Notes under the pieces: model-generated
What the model saw: only the letters and a program-made list of their open reading frames with translations
Databases searched by the model: none
Told to the model about the DNA's origin: nothing
In this document: piece by piece, positions 1-9,719 of the stretch
Position numbering within the stretch: the first letter of the stretch is position 1
How the letters are laid out: every line of letters begins with the position of its first letter
Assembly: GCA_964604995.1 (NCBI GenBank)
Contig: CAZSAD010000004.1
Coordinates: 1,800-65,799, forward strand
DNA: 64,000 nucleotides
Direction: 5' to 3'
Source of the DNA: an uncultured Methanosarcinales archaeon
Lineage (GTDB): Archaea; Nanobdellota; Nanobdellia; Woesearchaeales; JABMPP01
Made by a program: the position numbers and the translations under genes

Positions 1-164
1 TCTAGAATTCCTTGGCAAACTACAATGAAAGAATATGTTGATAAGTTTTACAATTTAACCCAAAATTATATAAAAAATGAAGCCAATAAAAATAGGTAAT
101 GAAAATAGATAATAATTAGTAAACTTCAATCAAATTTATATATTATCTTTTATTTTAGTTAATT

Positions 165-584
165 ATGAAATATAAAAAATTCAATAATTATTATTTTTTA
201 AGAATTGATAGCGAAGAAGAAATTGTTGAAACAATCACCAATTTTTGCACCCAAAACAAAATCAATCTAGCTAAAGTTACAGGAATTGGTGCTGTATTAA
301 ATGTTAAAATTAGAAGATATGATGCAAAAACAAAAAAATATATTTCAAAAGCATATAAAGGTGATTTTGAAGTGATATCTGCAAATGGTAATATTACTAT
401 TTTTGACAAAAAACCATTTCTTCATATGCATATTGCACTATCTGGAAAAGATTATAAAGTATTTGGTGGACATTTAATGTATGGAATTGTCAATCCAACA
501 TTCGAAGTAATTATTGAAAAAATTAAAGGAAAAGTTAATAGAAAAATAGATAGTAAAAGCGGCCTAAAATTATGGAATTTATAA
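165..584 (+). CDS. PPC/DUF296-like (PD1-like) putative DNA-binding protein
   Basis: 139 aa. Shows the G-x-G/FE-I/H-x-H/GGH-L pattern typical of the PPC (COG1661) fold. Low-complexity N-terminus. Confidence 0.45.
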   Translation: MKYKKFNNYYFLRIDSEEEIVETITNFCTQNKINLAKVTGIGAVLNVKIRRYDAKTKKYISKAYKGDFEVISANGNITIFDKKPFLHMHIALSGKDYKVFGGHLMYGIVNPTFEVIIEKIKGKVNRKIDSKSGLKLWNL

Positions 585-617
585 AAAAAGGATTAGAAGA
601 GTTTGCAATACTATAAT

Positions 618-2462
618 TTACTTTGCAACAAGTTTGATTTTCTCTCCATAAGTAACCGCATCAACAAGTATTTTTCCTATTTTATTATTTTTGTGGACTT
701 TTATTATCCCAGTTTTGCCAACTTTTGCAGTAAGTAAATAATCATCCTCTACAAAAATATCAACATCTTTGTTAATAGCATCATGACCAAGCTGAAACAC
801 AACTCCTTTTTTCATAACTTGAGTTTCATATTCTATTCCATCTTCATCTTTGACAATTTTTTCTTTGGACATTTCTTTTTTGTCCCTAATTTCAATTGAA
901 AGTCCTAATTTTTCTTCCATTTCATTTATGTTTTTTCCTTGCTTACCAATTATTCTTGCGATATCTTCATCAGGAACATAAACGACACATTTATTGTCAG
1001 ATAACATTTCAACTTTAGGATTACTAGAATAATTTCTAAATTCATCTTCTATTGATTTTGCAGCAAGTTTATGTGTTGGACTTTTTCCTGCACCATTCCC
1101 ACCATCTTTAACAGGAACAACTACAGTTTCCTCACCATAACTATACAGTTCATATTCTAATTTTCCAGTTTCAAAATCATTTACAACAACTATTGGCCTT
1201 GCTAAATCTGCTTCAGTCATTCCTGATGGAACTTTAACTGTCATTAAAAGTGATAAAACTTTAAAGACCATTCCATTTTTAATAAAAACAACAGTATCAA
1301 TAACTTGCGGAATCACACCAAGTTCAATTCTACCAACAAATCTTTGAATAGCATCAATTGGATTTGTTGCGTGAACAACTCCTGCGAGCCCAATTCCAGA
1401 AAGTCTTAAATCTGCAAAAAGTTTGAAATCATCAGTATTTCTCATTTCATCAAATATAGTGTTATCAGGTCTTGACAATAATAAAATATCATGGATTTCC
1501 TGAGCGTCTCCGTGGCTTATTGCATACTGAGTTATTGTCTCAGGTAGAACCATATCTCTTGGTGCTTCAATTGTTTTTACAATTTTATCTTTGCTTGCAT
1601 AAAATTCTGCAAGAGCTTGTGCAAAAGTTGATTTTCCCATTCCAGGAGATCCTGCAATTAATATTCCTTCAGCTTGCTCTTCAATTCTTTTTTTGAGTTT
1701 GTCAGTTAATTTATAATCTTCAAAAGAGAGCTTCTTAACCGGCCTTACTGCTGTTATTTCCCATCCATCTGAAAATGGTGGCTTTGTTATTACTGTCCTA
1801 AATTTTCCAAGTTGTACAATTGTTGAACCTGGTCTTTCAATCTCAATAAAAGCATCTCTTCGAATTCCAGCTTCTTCAATTATTTCACGAGAGATATCTT
1901 GTATTTCATCTCTTGTTAAAAGATCAGGTCTAATTTTCACAAATTTCCAATTGCCAGGCATTCCTTTTTTTGCAATAGGCTCTACATTTTCTCTTAAATG
2001 AACACTCATTGTAATTTCATCAAAGAATTTTTCAAGTAATAATGCATGATGCAATTGCTCAATTTTTTCATAAATAAGTTTTATTCCTTTAGCAGATGCA
2101 ACTTGCGCTTGTATTTTATCAGATGTAAAAAGTGTTGCATCTTCCTCAAAAGCAAGCTCTCTAATTAGATAATCAATTTCACCAAGAGAAGAAAACTTTA
2201 TTTCTTGTGCTGTCGGTTTTCTGCCTGCAAATTTTAGTACGAAATTTAATTCATCTGATAATTTTCTTAATTTTTGCAACTCTTCTAGTCCTAAAAATCC
2301 AATTGCTTTATCGTTATTAGCTTGATGTTCAAGTTCAGCTACAACTGCTTCGTGAATTAAGATTGTTTCAGCTTCAAGTTCTTTGTTCTTTATTTTATTT
2401 GAAAGAATGCCTTCAATAATTACAGATGTGTCCGGAACGATTTTATCGTATTTTTTGTTCAT
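618..2462 (-). CDS. PIN domain / PilT-PhoH-like ATPase / KH domain protein (COG1855-type)
   Basis: 614 aa. N-terminal PIN-like segment (DTSVII). Walker A motif GSPGMGKST. C-terminal KH-like IARIIGKQGKNI motif. This architecture is typical of the archaeal PIN-ATPase-KH protein. Confidence 0.6.
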   Translation of the reverse strand: MNKKYDKIVPDTSVIIEGILSNKIKNKELEAETILIHEAVVAELEHQANNDKAIGFLGLEELQKLRKLSDELNFVLKFAGRKPTAQEIKFSSLGEIDYLIRELAFEEDATLFTSDKIQAQVASAKGIKLIYEKIEQLHHALLLEKFFDEITMSVHLRENVEPIAKKGMPGNWKFVKIRPDLLTRDEIQDISREIIEEAGIRRDAFIEIERPGSTIVQLGKFRTVITKPPFSDGWEITAVRPVKKLSFEDYKLTDKLKKRIEEQAEGILIAGSPGMGKSTFAQALAEFYASKDKIVKTIEAPRDMVLPETITQYAISHGDAQEIHDILLLSRPDNTIFDEMRNTDDFKLFADLRLSGIGLAGVVHATNPIDAIQRFVGRIELGVIPQVIDTVVFIKNGMVFKVLSLLMTVKVPSGMTEADLARPIVVVNDFETGKLEYELYSYGEETVVVPVKDGGNGAGKSPTHKLAAKSIEDEFRNYSSNPKVEMLSDNKCVVYVPDEDIARIIGKQGKNINEMEEKLGLSIEIRDKKEMSKEKIVKDEDGIEYETQVMKKGVVFQLGHDAINKDVDIFVEDDYLLTAKVGKTGIIKVHKNNKIGKILVDAVTYGEKIKLVAK

Positions 2463-2590
2463 AATTATTCAAATATGTATCCTTATTTTAATGTTTTGTG
2501 TTTTCTGCTACTTTTGTGTTTTCTGCTACTCTTATTATTTATATTGTTAAATTTATATTACCCTCATGTTACTATTTCTTATGTTTATGA

Positions 2591-4861
2591 TTAATTGCTT
2601 TTTCTAATTGCTTTTTCTATTTTTTCTTCTTCTTTAAGTTCTTTATCAGCAACTGATTTACTCTCACCTTCAGCTTCGATTTCCAATTCAAGTTCTTTAA
2701 TTCCTTTTTTGTGACTAAAAATTAGCATAATAATTAACCCAAAAATTAGAAGTGAAATAAAAATTAAAAATATCAAAAGCTTAGTATCCATAGACGATAA
2801 TTTTCCATTTAATTTATTGTAAGTTAATTTTTGTTCATCTAACCAAGTTAAATTAGTAAGATTAATAGAATAAGATTGTTTAGTTACAAATTCTTGACCA
2901 TAATTATTAAAATATTTTATAGTTATTTCAAATTGGTTACTTTTATCAGTTAATTCTCCTGAATTAAAATTGATATAGAATTTTCTATTTTCTTCAACTT
3001 TGTCAATTTGCCAAGACTTGGTTCCTAGGGGGCTAATTAAATTAATGCTTGCGTTCATAGGAGATGAAAAAGATATTTTATTTAGCATGAATTCAAATTG
3101 ATAGCTTTTACCAAATTCAATATTTTGAGGAGCTTTAATATCTGAAATAGTGATATTTGGTTTATCAAGAATGATTATTCCTAAATTACTTTCTTTGGAA
3201 ACTTCAGAATTAGTAGCAATAATATCTAAACTTTTCTGTCCAGGATTTGAAAAATTCAAAGCGAAATATATTTTGCTTTCTTCAGTTATTCCAAGGTTTA
3301 AAGTTTTGCAATCATTTTTATAACAAACTTTTAAATTTTTAAGAAGAGCATTTCCATAATTTTTTACATTGCATGTAAGCTTTATTATTTCATCTGTATA
3401 AAATTCTTTTTTATCAGTATAACATGAAAGATTTAGATTTTTGCTGTAAGTTTTTAGTTTTTCTTCAGTCTTTATTTTCAACTGATTTTGAATATAATCA
3501 AGATCAAATTTCTCATCTTCATTAGAACTTGTAAAAGCATTTTCACTTCTTTCTGAATAAGTGGAATCAGCAGATACTTTGAAAGTATATACGTAGTTTG
3601 GATCTAAATTCTCGTCGATTTTGATTATCCAATATGATTTTTTTGTGCTATTTGGCTCAATTAAAATTTGTTTTCTCTCTTTGCCAAACGTTTGCATATT
3701 AGTGCTTCGTGATATTGAAATTTCTGCAGGCACATAATAAGAAGTTGGATTTATAGCTTCAATTTCAATTAAATTATATGAACCAAATCCAACGCTACTT
3801 TTAAGAGGAATTACATTGAGTTTTATTTTTGATTCAACCTTTGGATCAATTGAAATTATTTTTGTGTCCATATTTAATCTATGCGTATTAAGTTCGACCA
3901 TCCATCCTTCCCAATGATAGTTTGCAGAAGGCTCATTTGAATCCAATGATTCTTTAAGTTTTATATGTGAAGAATCAATAAACCCAAATTCCCCATAAGT
4001 AACATCAAATGGTACCCAACCATATCCTGGAAAATAAACTTCTGCCCAAGCATGAGGCCCAAAATCATTCAAATCATTCCAATTAGTATATGCAACTCCA
4101 CTGATATATCTAGCTGGAATACCTAAGCTTCGAACCATTGCAATAAATAAACTAGATAATTCATCGCAAACTCCTTCTTTATTTTTTATTACCCAAGATG
4201 CTTTTTGAGATACATCAGAAGTTGAAGTATCCAAAGAATATTTTATATTTTGTTCAACATAATTTGCAATATTAAATACTGCAACATACAAATCATCTTC
4301 TCCCGAAACTAATTCATTAGCTTTTTCAATTATATCCCTATTGTTAGAATCAATATTTATTTGAGGCAAGGTATATTGCGTCAAATCTGGATCTAAATTT
4401 ATTATCGGAAACTTTATTTTTTTATTTACTGGTACAAAATTATTTTCAACTTTTACTTTGCTGTATAAAGAAAAAGGCATTTCATTAAATGTTGGATTGT
4501 TCCATTCATATTTAATTACACTAGTATTAATTTCTGATTTAGGAGAAGTTTGCAAAGCTAAAATTCTTTGATTTGGTGTAAATTTTGGAAAAAATGATTG
4601 AATAATTTCTACCTTATCTAATCTTGAATCACTTGAAAGCTTGGTAAATTCAATTGTTGAAGAAATATTTATTTCAGCTAGCATAGATTGTGTTGATAAA
4701 ATATCATCAGTTGTAAAGTTGGATGAAGTATCTATTGAATAAGACTGAGGGATTATAAGAAAGATGACTAATACAAAGACTAATGATTTAATAATATCTA
4801 AAAAAGAAAGCATTTTTCCTGCTTTTAGACTAGATATAAAATTTATATTTTTTTTGTACAT
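2591..4861 (-). CDS. Transglutaminase-like membrane-anchored protein
   Basis: 756 aa. N-terminal and C-terminal hydrophobic helices. Core GVCDELSSLF…HAWAEVYF…GWVPFDVT carries the Cys/His/Asp transglutaminase-like protease signature. Confidence 0.6.
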   Translation of the reverse strand: MYKKNINFISSLKAGKMLSFLDIIKSLVFVLVIFLIIPQSYSIDTSSNFTTDDILSTQSMLAEINISSTIEFTKLSSDSRLDKVEIIQSFFPKFTPNQRILALQTSPKSEINTSVIKYEWNNPTFNEMPFSLYSKVKVENNFVPVNKKIKFPIINLDPDLTQYTLPQINIDSNNRDIIEKANELVSGEDDLYVAVFNIANYVEQNIKYSLDTSTSDVSQKASWVIKNKEGVCDELSSLFIAMVRSLGIPARYISGVAYTNWNDLNDFGPHAWAEVYFPGYGWVPFDVTYGEFGFIDSSHIKLKESLDSNEPSANYHWEGWMVELNTHRLNMDTKIISIDPKVESKIKLNVIPLKSSVGFGSYNLIEIEAINPTSYYVPAEISISRSTNMQTFGKERKQILIEPNSTKKSYWIIKIDENLDPNYVYTFKVSADSTYSERSENAFTSSNEDEKFDLDYIQNQLKIKTEEKLKTYSKNLNLSCYTDKKEFYTDEIIKLTCNVKNYGNALLKNLKVCYKNDCKTLNLGITEESKIYFALNFSNPGQKSLDIIATNSEVSKESNLGIIILDKPNITISDIKAPQNIEFGKSYQFEFMLNKISFSSPMNASINLISPLGTKSWQIDKVEENRKFYINFNSGELTDKSNQFEITIKYFNNYGQEFVTKQSYSINLTNLTWLDEQKLTYNKLNGKLSSMDTKLLIFLIFISLLIFGLIIMLIFSHKKGIKELELEIEAEGESKSVADKELKEEEKIEKAIRKSN

Positions 4862-4997
4862 GATATCACTTTTAACCAGTTTTAACCATATTTTAACCAG
4901 TTTTTGTTATATTTTAATAGATTTTATTGTTATTTTGAACTTTTTAATACTTTTGTAAACCATTAGATTTTTATAAACATAAATTTTTCATATAGTT

Positions 4998-5744
4998 ATG
5001 GCAGAATTATTTAATTTTTTTAAGAAAAAAAAGAGTGTGGAAGATAAAGAAGTTATTACAAAAACCAAGCAAGAAGTAGTTGATAGTAGACAAGGAAAAT
5101 TCTTAGTTATCGAAGGAAATGATGGTTCTGGTAAAAAAACACAGCTAGATATGTTATCTGACCATCTAAAAAAAGAGGGAAGATTAGTTGAAGTAATTGA
5201 TTTTCCAGATTATAATTCATTTTATGGCAAACTAATAAAAAAATATTTAGATGGTGAATTTGGAAATAATGTTAATCCTTACTTAATAGCGCTTGCATAT
5301 GCAAATGATAGATTAGCAAAAAAAGAGCAAATAGATAAATGGTTATCTGTTGGAAAAATAGTGCTATGTAATAGATATGTTGCATCTAATAAAGCGCATC
5401 AAGCAATTAAATTAAAAACGCCCGAAGAAATGCAACAATTTGTCAAATGGATTGATGAGATGGAATATGATGTAAATAAACTTCCAAGACCAGATATTAC
5501 AATTTATTTGTATGTTCCATCAGATATTGCAATAAGTCTTATCCAACAAAGAGCAGAAAAAAATAAAGTAAAAACTGATATTCATGAAATATTACCTTAT
5601 ATGAATAAAGTTGAAGTTGTTTATTTAGGTATGGCTAAAAACAAAAATTGGGTAAAAATTGACTGTGTAACAGCAGATAATCAGATATTAACAAAAGAAG
5701 AAGTTCATGAAAAGATTTATTCTGTTGTAAAAAATTTAATTTGA
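4998..5744 (+). CDS. tmk: Thymidylate kinase
   Basis: P-loop IEGNDGSGKKTQ and a DRY-like LCNRYVASNKAHQ region. Length 248 aa. Confidence 0.7.
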   Translation: MAELFNFFKKKKSVEDKEVITKTKQEVVDSRQGKFLVIEGNDGSGKKTQLDMLSDHLKKEGRLVEVIDFPDYNSFYGKLIKKYLDGEFGNNVNPYLIALAYANDRLAKKEQIDKWLSVGKIVLCNRYVASNKAHQAIKLKTPEEMQQFVKWIDEMEYDVNKLPRPDITIYLYVPSDIAISLIQQRAEKNKVKTDIHEILPYMNKVEVVYLGMAKNKNWVKIDCVTADNQILTKEEVHEKIYSVVKNLI

Positions 5745-5811
5745 TTAAAATAACTTAATTTAGACTATTAATTTATTTTTTGTTTGACTTTTTGTATCAA
5801 TAATTAGTAAA

Positions 5812-6633
5812 CTATTTTGTTTTTTCATCGTCTGATTTTTCTAACAAAATTAATGGAGGAGGCATTGATAAAGAGTACATATCAATCCTTAACTCTACAT
5901 TTATAGAAGGGTATTCTTTGATAATTAAATCTCTTAAATTTTCCAAAAATTCATCGCTTGGTGAATTTACTGCACTAAACCTCTTACTAACTAACTTTGT
6001 CTCTGGAAGAAATTTTTGAAGTACCCAAGTAGATTCAAAATCCTTTAACATTGAAGCAATGTTCAAAATATCTTCTTGCTTGTAGAGTAGCATTGGAACA
6101 ATAGTTGTTCTAAGTTCAACTTTAATTCTATGTTCATATTCATATGCCAAAGATAAACTTTGCATGCAATCTTCCATCACCTGCTCTACTGGTCTAAAAA
6201 AAGTTGCAGATTCAGTAACTTTACTAAAAACATCTGATTGCATCGGCGCTTTAATTTCAAGTCTTAAAAAATCAATTAATTTAGAATCTAATAATGATTT
6301 AAGAGTATCTGGTTTTGAACCATTAGTTTCAATACCGATTTTTAAACCCTGCTCCCTGCAAAATTTGGCAAGATCATGTAATGCTAATTTTTGTAAACAA
6401 GGCTCACCACCTGTAAATAACACCCCTTCAATTTCATATTTATTCATATTACTAATGATCTGTTTTTTTACATCTCTTAAATCCCTTGACAATAACTCAT
6501 TAAATCCCAAAATCTCAGGAGTTCTGCAATACGGACAATGAAAATCGCATCCTGAGAAAAAGATTACACTTACCTTTTTTTCATCCCAGTCTGTTCCAGA
6601 AATATCAATTATTCCGCCAATATATGCTTTCAT
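5812..6633 (-). CDS. Radical SAM activating-enzyme family protein (NrdG/PFL-AE-like)
   Basis: N-terminus GGIIDISGTDWDEKKVSVIFFSGCDFHCPYCRTPE matches the NrdG-type CX3CX2C cluster and preceding Gly-rich pattern. GGEP motif present. Confidence 0.5.
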   Translation of the reverse strand: MKAYIGGIIDISGTDWDEKKVSVIFFSGCDFHCPYCRTPEILGFNELLSRDLRDVKKQIISNMNKYEIEGVLFTGGEPCLQKLALHDLAKFCREQGLKIGIETNGSKPDTLKSLLDSKLIDFLRLEIKAPMQSDVFSKVTESATFFRPVEQVMEDCMQSLSLAYEYEHRIKVELRTTIVPMLLYKQEDILNIASMLKDFESTWVLQKFLPETKLVSKRFSAVNSPSDEFLENLRDLIIKEYPSINVELRIDMYSLSMPPPLILLEKSDDEKTK

Positions 6634-6761
6634 TGTATTACCCCAAATGAAGGCACATTGGATTATTTAAAAAATTACGCTAAATATTGATTAAATTTAA
6701 TCACAAAACAATACTCTAAAGTTTCACCAAAATTTATTATCGATACATTATTAAATCAATT

Positions 6762-7661
6762 ATGTTTAAACCTATTAAAATGAGACGATCAAATTTAGCT
6801 CATGTCTACTTAATTTTAACAATATTATTCTGGTCTGCAACTCCTGCTGTTGCGAAGTTAGCTTTAGTAGAATTGAATAATCTTCAATTATTATTTTATA
6901 CAAGCATTGTTGGGGTTATCTCATTATTTTTAGTGGTATTATTCCAGAAAAAAATAAATCAACTAAAAGAATTCAAAAAATCAGATTATTTCAAAATGTT
7001 TGGAATGGGTTTTATAGGGATTTTTCTTTATTATATATTGTTGTTTGGAAGTTTTGCTATTGCTCCAGCTGGTCAAGCAAATATTGTAAACTATTTATGG
7101 CCCATCTTTATAATAATATTTTCAATTCCAATTCTAAAAGAAAAATTCAATTATAAAACAATTTTTGCAGTTTTAATAAGTTTTATTGGTGCTTTAATTG
7201 TATTTACAAGGGGAGAATTATCAAACTTTAGTAATGAATTTACCTTAGGTTATTTATTAGCTGCTTTTGCTGCTATTTGTTATGGATTATTTTCTGTTTT
7301 AGGAAAAAAATTACATTATGAAAAATTTATAAGTATGTTGGTTTATTATGTTTTTGCAACAATCTTGATTATTCCAACAACATTAATTTTTTCAGATTTT
7401 GTAATTCCACAATCTGCAATTACAATAATTTCAATCCTCCTATTAGGTGGTATCTTTAATTCTATTGCATTTGTATTCTGGTTTAAGGCACTCGAAGCAG
7501 GAAATACTCATAAAACTGCAAATGCTATATATTTAGTTCCCTTCCTTGCATTAATCTGGACATATTTTTTGAACTTGGAACCAATAAGAATTTTTTCTAT
7601 AGTGGGCCTTATTTTAATTATAGTAGGAATGATAATTCAAATAAAAAATAAAATACGATAG
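6762..7661 (+). CDS. EamA/DMT-superfamily transporter
   Basis: 299 aa. About 10 hydrophobic helices in two repeated halves, typical of EamA domains. Confidence 0.6.
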   Translation: MFKPIKMRRSNLAHVYLILTILFWSATPAVAKLALVELNNLQLLFYTSIVGVISLFLVVLFQKKINQLKEFKKSDYFKMFGMGFIGIFLYYILLFGSFAIAPAGQANIVNYLWPIFIIIFSIPILKEKFNYKTIFAVLISFIGALIVFTRGELSNFSNEFTLGYLLAAFAAICYGLFSVLGKKLHYEKFISMLVYYVFATILIIPTTLIFSDFVIPQSAITIISILLLGGIFNSIAFVFWFKALEAGNTHKTANAIYLVPFLALIWTYFLNLEPIRIFSIVGLILIIVGMIIQIKNKIR

Positions 7662-7990
7662 GTATCCTTCTTCTAAATACACTCAATGAATTTTTTTAAG
7701 TTTAAAATTTCAAAATCAAAAATATAAAATCAAGAAATTTAGTTAATTACTCTTTATTGTGATAACATTTGTTACGCTAATTAATTAGGTATTGGTTAAT
7801 TAGGTATTTGACTAGTAATTAATTCTTTGCACTGACTTTTATCTTTTTTTCCTCTTTTGTATCATCAGTAAACCATTGCTCCATAGTTTTATTCTTTAAT
7901 GTTGTTTTATAACTTATTCCATTATTCATAACAAACACCCCTCGCTTTTTTATCTTGAGTATTTAAGTTATACTTGAACTGATTAACAAA

Positions 7991-8413
7991 TTATCTTCCT
8001 GTTGAACCAAAGCCTTTGTCTGCTCTTTTTGTTTCTGAAAAAGTGTCAGTTTCAAATATTTGTGCACTTTCAACTTTTTGAATTAACATTTGTGCAATTT
8101 TATCTCCTTTATGTACTTGATAGGATTCTTCTCCAAGATTTATAAGAGTAATAACAACTTCACCGCGATAAGTTGCATCTACAACTCCACCTAAAACTTT
8201 TAGTCCTTGTTTTCTACTAAGTCCAGATTTATCCCAAACTAAACCAACATGACCTGATGGAATTTCCATTGCAATTTTAGTTCCAAAAGCATGCCTTTTG
8301 CCTGATTCTAGAATTACATCTTCAGTAGAACAAAAATCCATTCCTGCATCGCCCTCATGGGCATATGAAGGTAATTTCCCTCCCCCTAAATTTTTAACAA
8401 GTATTTTTACCAC
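7991..8413 (-). CDS. dut: dUTP diphosphatase (trimeric dUTPase)
   Basis: Motifs AGMDF, KSGLSRK, GVVDATYRGEV, GDKIAQ, and C-terminal RADKGFGSTG. Confidence 0.75.
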   Translation of the reverse strand: MVKILVKNLGGGKLPSYAHEGDAGMDFCSTEDVILESGKRHAFGTKIAMEIPSGHVGLVWDKSGLSRKQGLKVLGGVVDATYRGEVVITLINLGEESYQVHKGDKIAQMLIQKVESAQIFETDTFSETKRADKGFGSTGR

Positions 8414-8569
8414 AAGTTTTGGGATAAGTCAAAGCTCATATATAAATAAAATGTAATTGTAACCTATTTGTTAAAAGATATATTTTAAAGAAAGACATTA
8501 ATTAAAAAATCAATTAAAAGAGATTAAAATAATTAAGAAAATAAAAAAACAAAGTGAAAAATAAACTAA

Positions 8570-9061
8570 TTAAGAAAACTCAAATAATTTTGCCAATTCA
8601 TGTGATTTTATCTCCCCAGTTGAAGAATCAAATTTTAAATTTAATGTCTTGAAAGTTCTTGTGAAAAGTGTAATGTTCCAAACTTGTCCTAAATCTAAAA
8701 TATTTTGCAAGACGCATAATTTTTGTAAAGGCAATTCAGCTTTGTAATTTTCTTTACGATAATTTTCAGCTATTTTGCTAATCTCATCAAATTCTATTTT
8801 GACATCTTCAATTTTAAGTTTTAAAATATCTCCTGATTGTGGTTGAAATATTTCTTTGTCTTCTGAAACACTCACACCCTTGTCATCTAAAATAAAAGAA
8901 GTTATGTGTTTTTTTGACTTGTCATAGTAGCCAACTTGCCAGCCACTTGATTTTTCTTCCATGAAAAAAAAGTGAACTAAATAAGCATTAGAATTATTTT
9001 TTCTCCAAGCTTTGTAAACATCGCATGATTCAATTTTAGATAGTATTTCTTTTATTTTCAT
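8570..9061 (-). CDS. Hypothetical protein
   Basis: 163-aa ORF with no recognisable motif. Sits in a same-strand run of genes. Confidence 0.3.
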   Translation of the reverse strand: MKIKEILSKIESCDVYKAWRKNNSNAYLVHFFFMEEKSSGWQVGYYDKSKKHITSFILDDKGVSVSEDKEIFQPQSGDILKLKIEDVKIEFDEISKIAENYRKENYKAELPLQKLCVLQNILDLGQVWNITLFTRTFKTLNLKFDSSTGEIKSHELAKLFEFS

Positions 9062-9086
9062 TTTGTAACCTTAAAATGTACTTCAA

Positions 9087-9680
9087 TTATACTTCAATTA
9101 TCATTCCATCCGGTCCAGGATTTATAATTATTGTCTTTTTATTAAAATTTTGAACAATCTTGGCATTTTCATGCAAATGTCCACAGATCATAAGATGCAC
9201 AGTATTTTTATCTAAAAATTCTCTAAAAGAAATAACCCCTACATGATCATCTCCAATTATATCAAGTAAAGTGCCATAAGGAGGAGCATGTGTAACTAAA
9301 ACAACTTTACTATCTTTTTGTATTTGTTTTTTAAATTCTTTAGAGATTATATCAAATCCAGGCTCTTCATTTACAAATCCTCCTCCGCCATAACCAAAAA
9401 ATATATGTTTTCCAATTTTAAAAGAAGAATTGTGAATAAAATGTGCATTTTTGTGTTTTTTACATGCCCTTTCTACATTAACATCATCTTCATGGTTTCC
9501 ATGCACTACAATTAAAGGTTTTCCAAAATCACTAAAAGCAAGAAGTAAGTTATTTAAATCATTTTCAAAATTAGTAAAATCCCCAGCACAAACAACAACA
9601 TCACATCCTTTTGCTTTATTCTTCATCCTATCAAGAAGATTTATCCTACCGTGAAAATCAACAAATGCAAATATTTTCAT
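9087..9680 (-). CDS. Metallophosphoesterase (calcineurin-like)
   Basis: Motifs DFHG, GDFTNFEN, GNHED, GHLH. Paralogous to the gene at 61784..62386. Confidence 0.6.
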   Translation of the reverse strand: MKIFAFVDFHGRINLLDRMKNKAKGCDVVVCAGDFTNFENDLNNLLLAFSDFGKPLIVVHGNHEDDVNVERACKKHKNAHFIHNSSFKIGKHIFFGYGGGGFVNEEPGFDIISKEFKKQIQKDSKVVLVTHAPPYGTLLDIIGDDHVGVISFREFLDKNTVHLMICGHLHENAKIVQNFNKKTIIINPGPDGMIIEV

Positions 9681-9719
9681 GAAAATTGTGAGAAATTGGA
9701 TAAATAAAAAGATATGCTA

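Noticed and set aside
1-10. Window begins with tctagaattc (XbaI plus EcoRI sites), which could suggest a cloning-vector or fosmid insert junction.
   Set aside because: Only 10 bp. The window boundary is arbitrary, and the following sequence is ordinary AT-rich genomic DNA with a normal gene. Two 6-bp sites can easily occur by chance.
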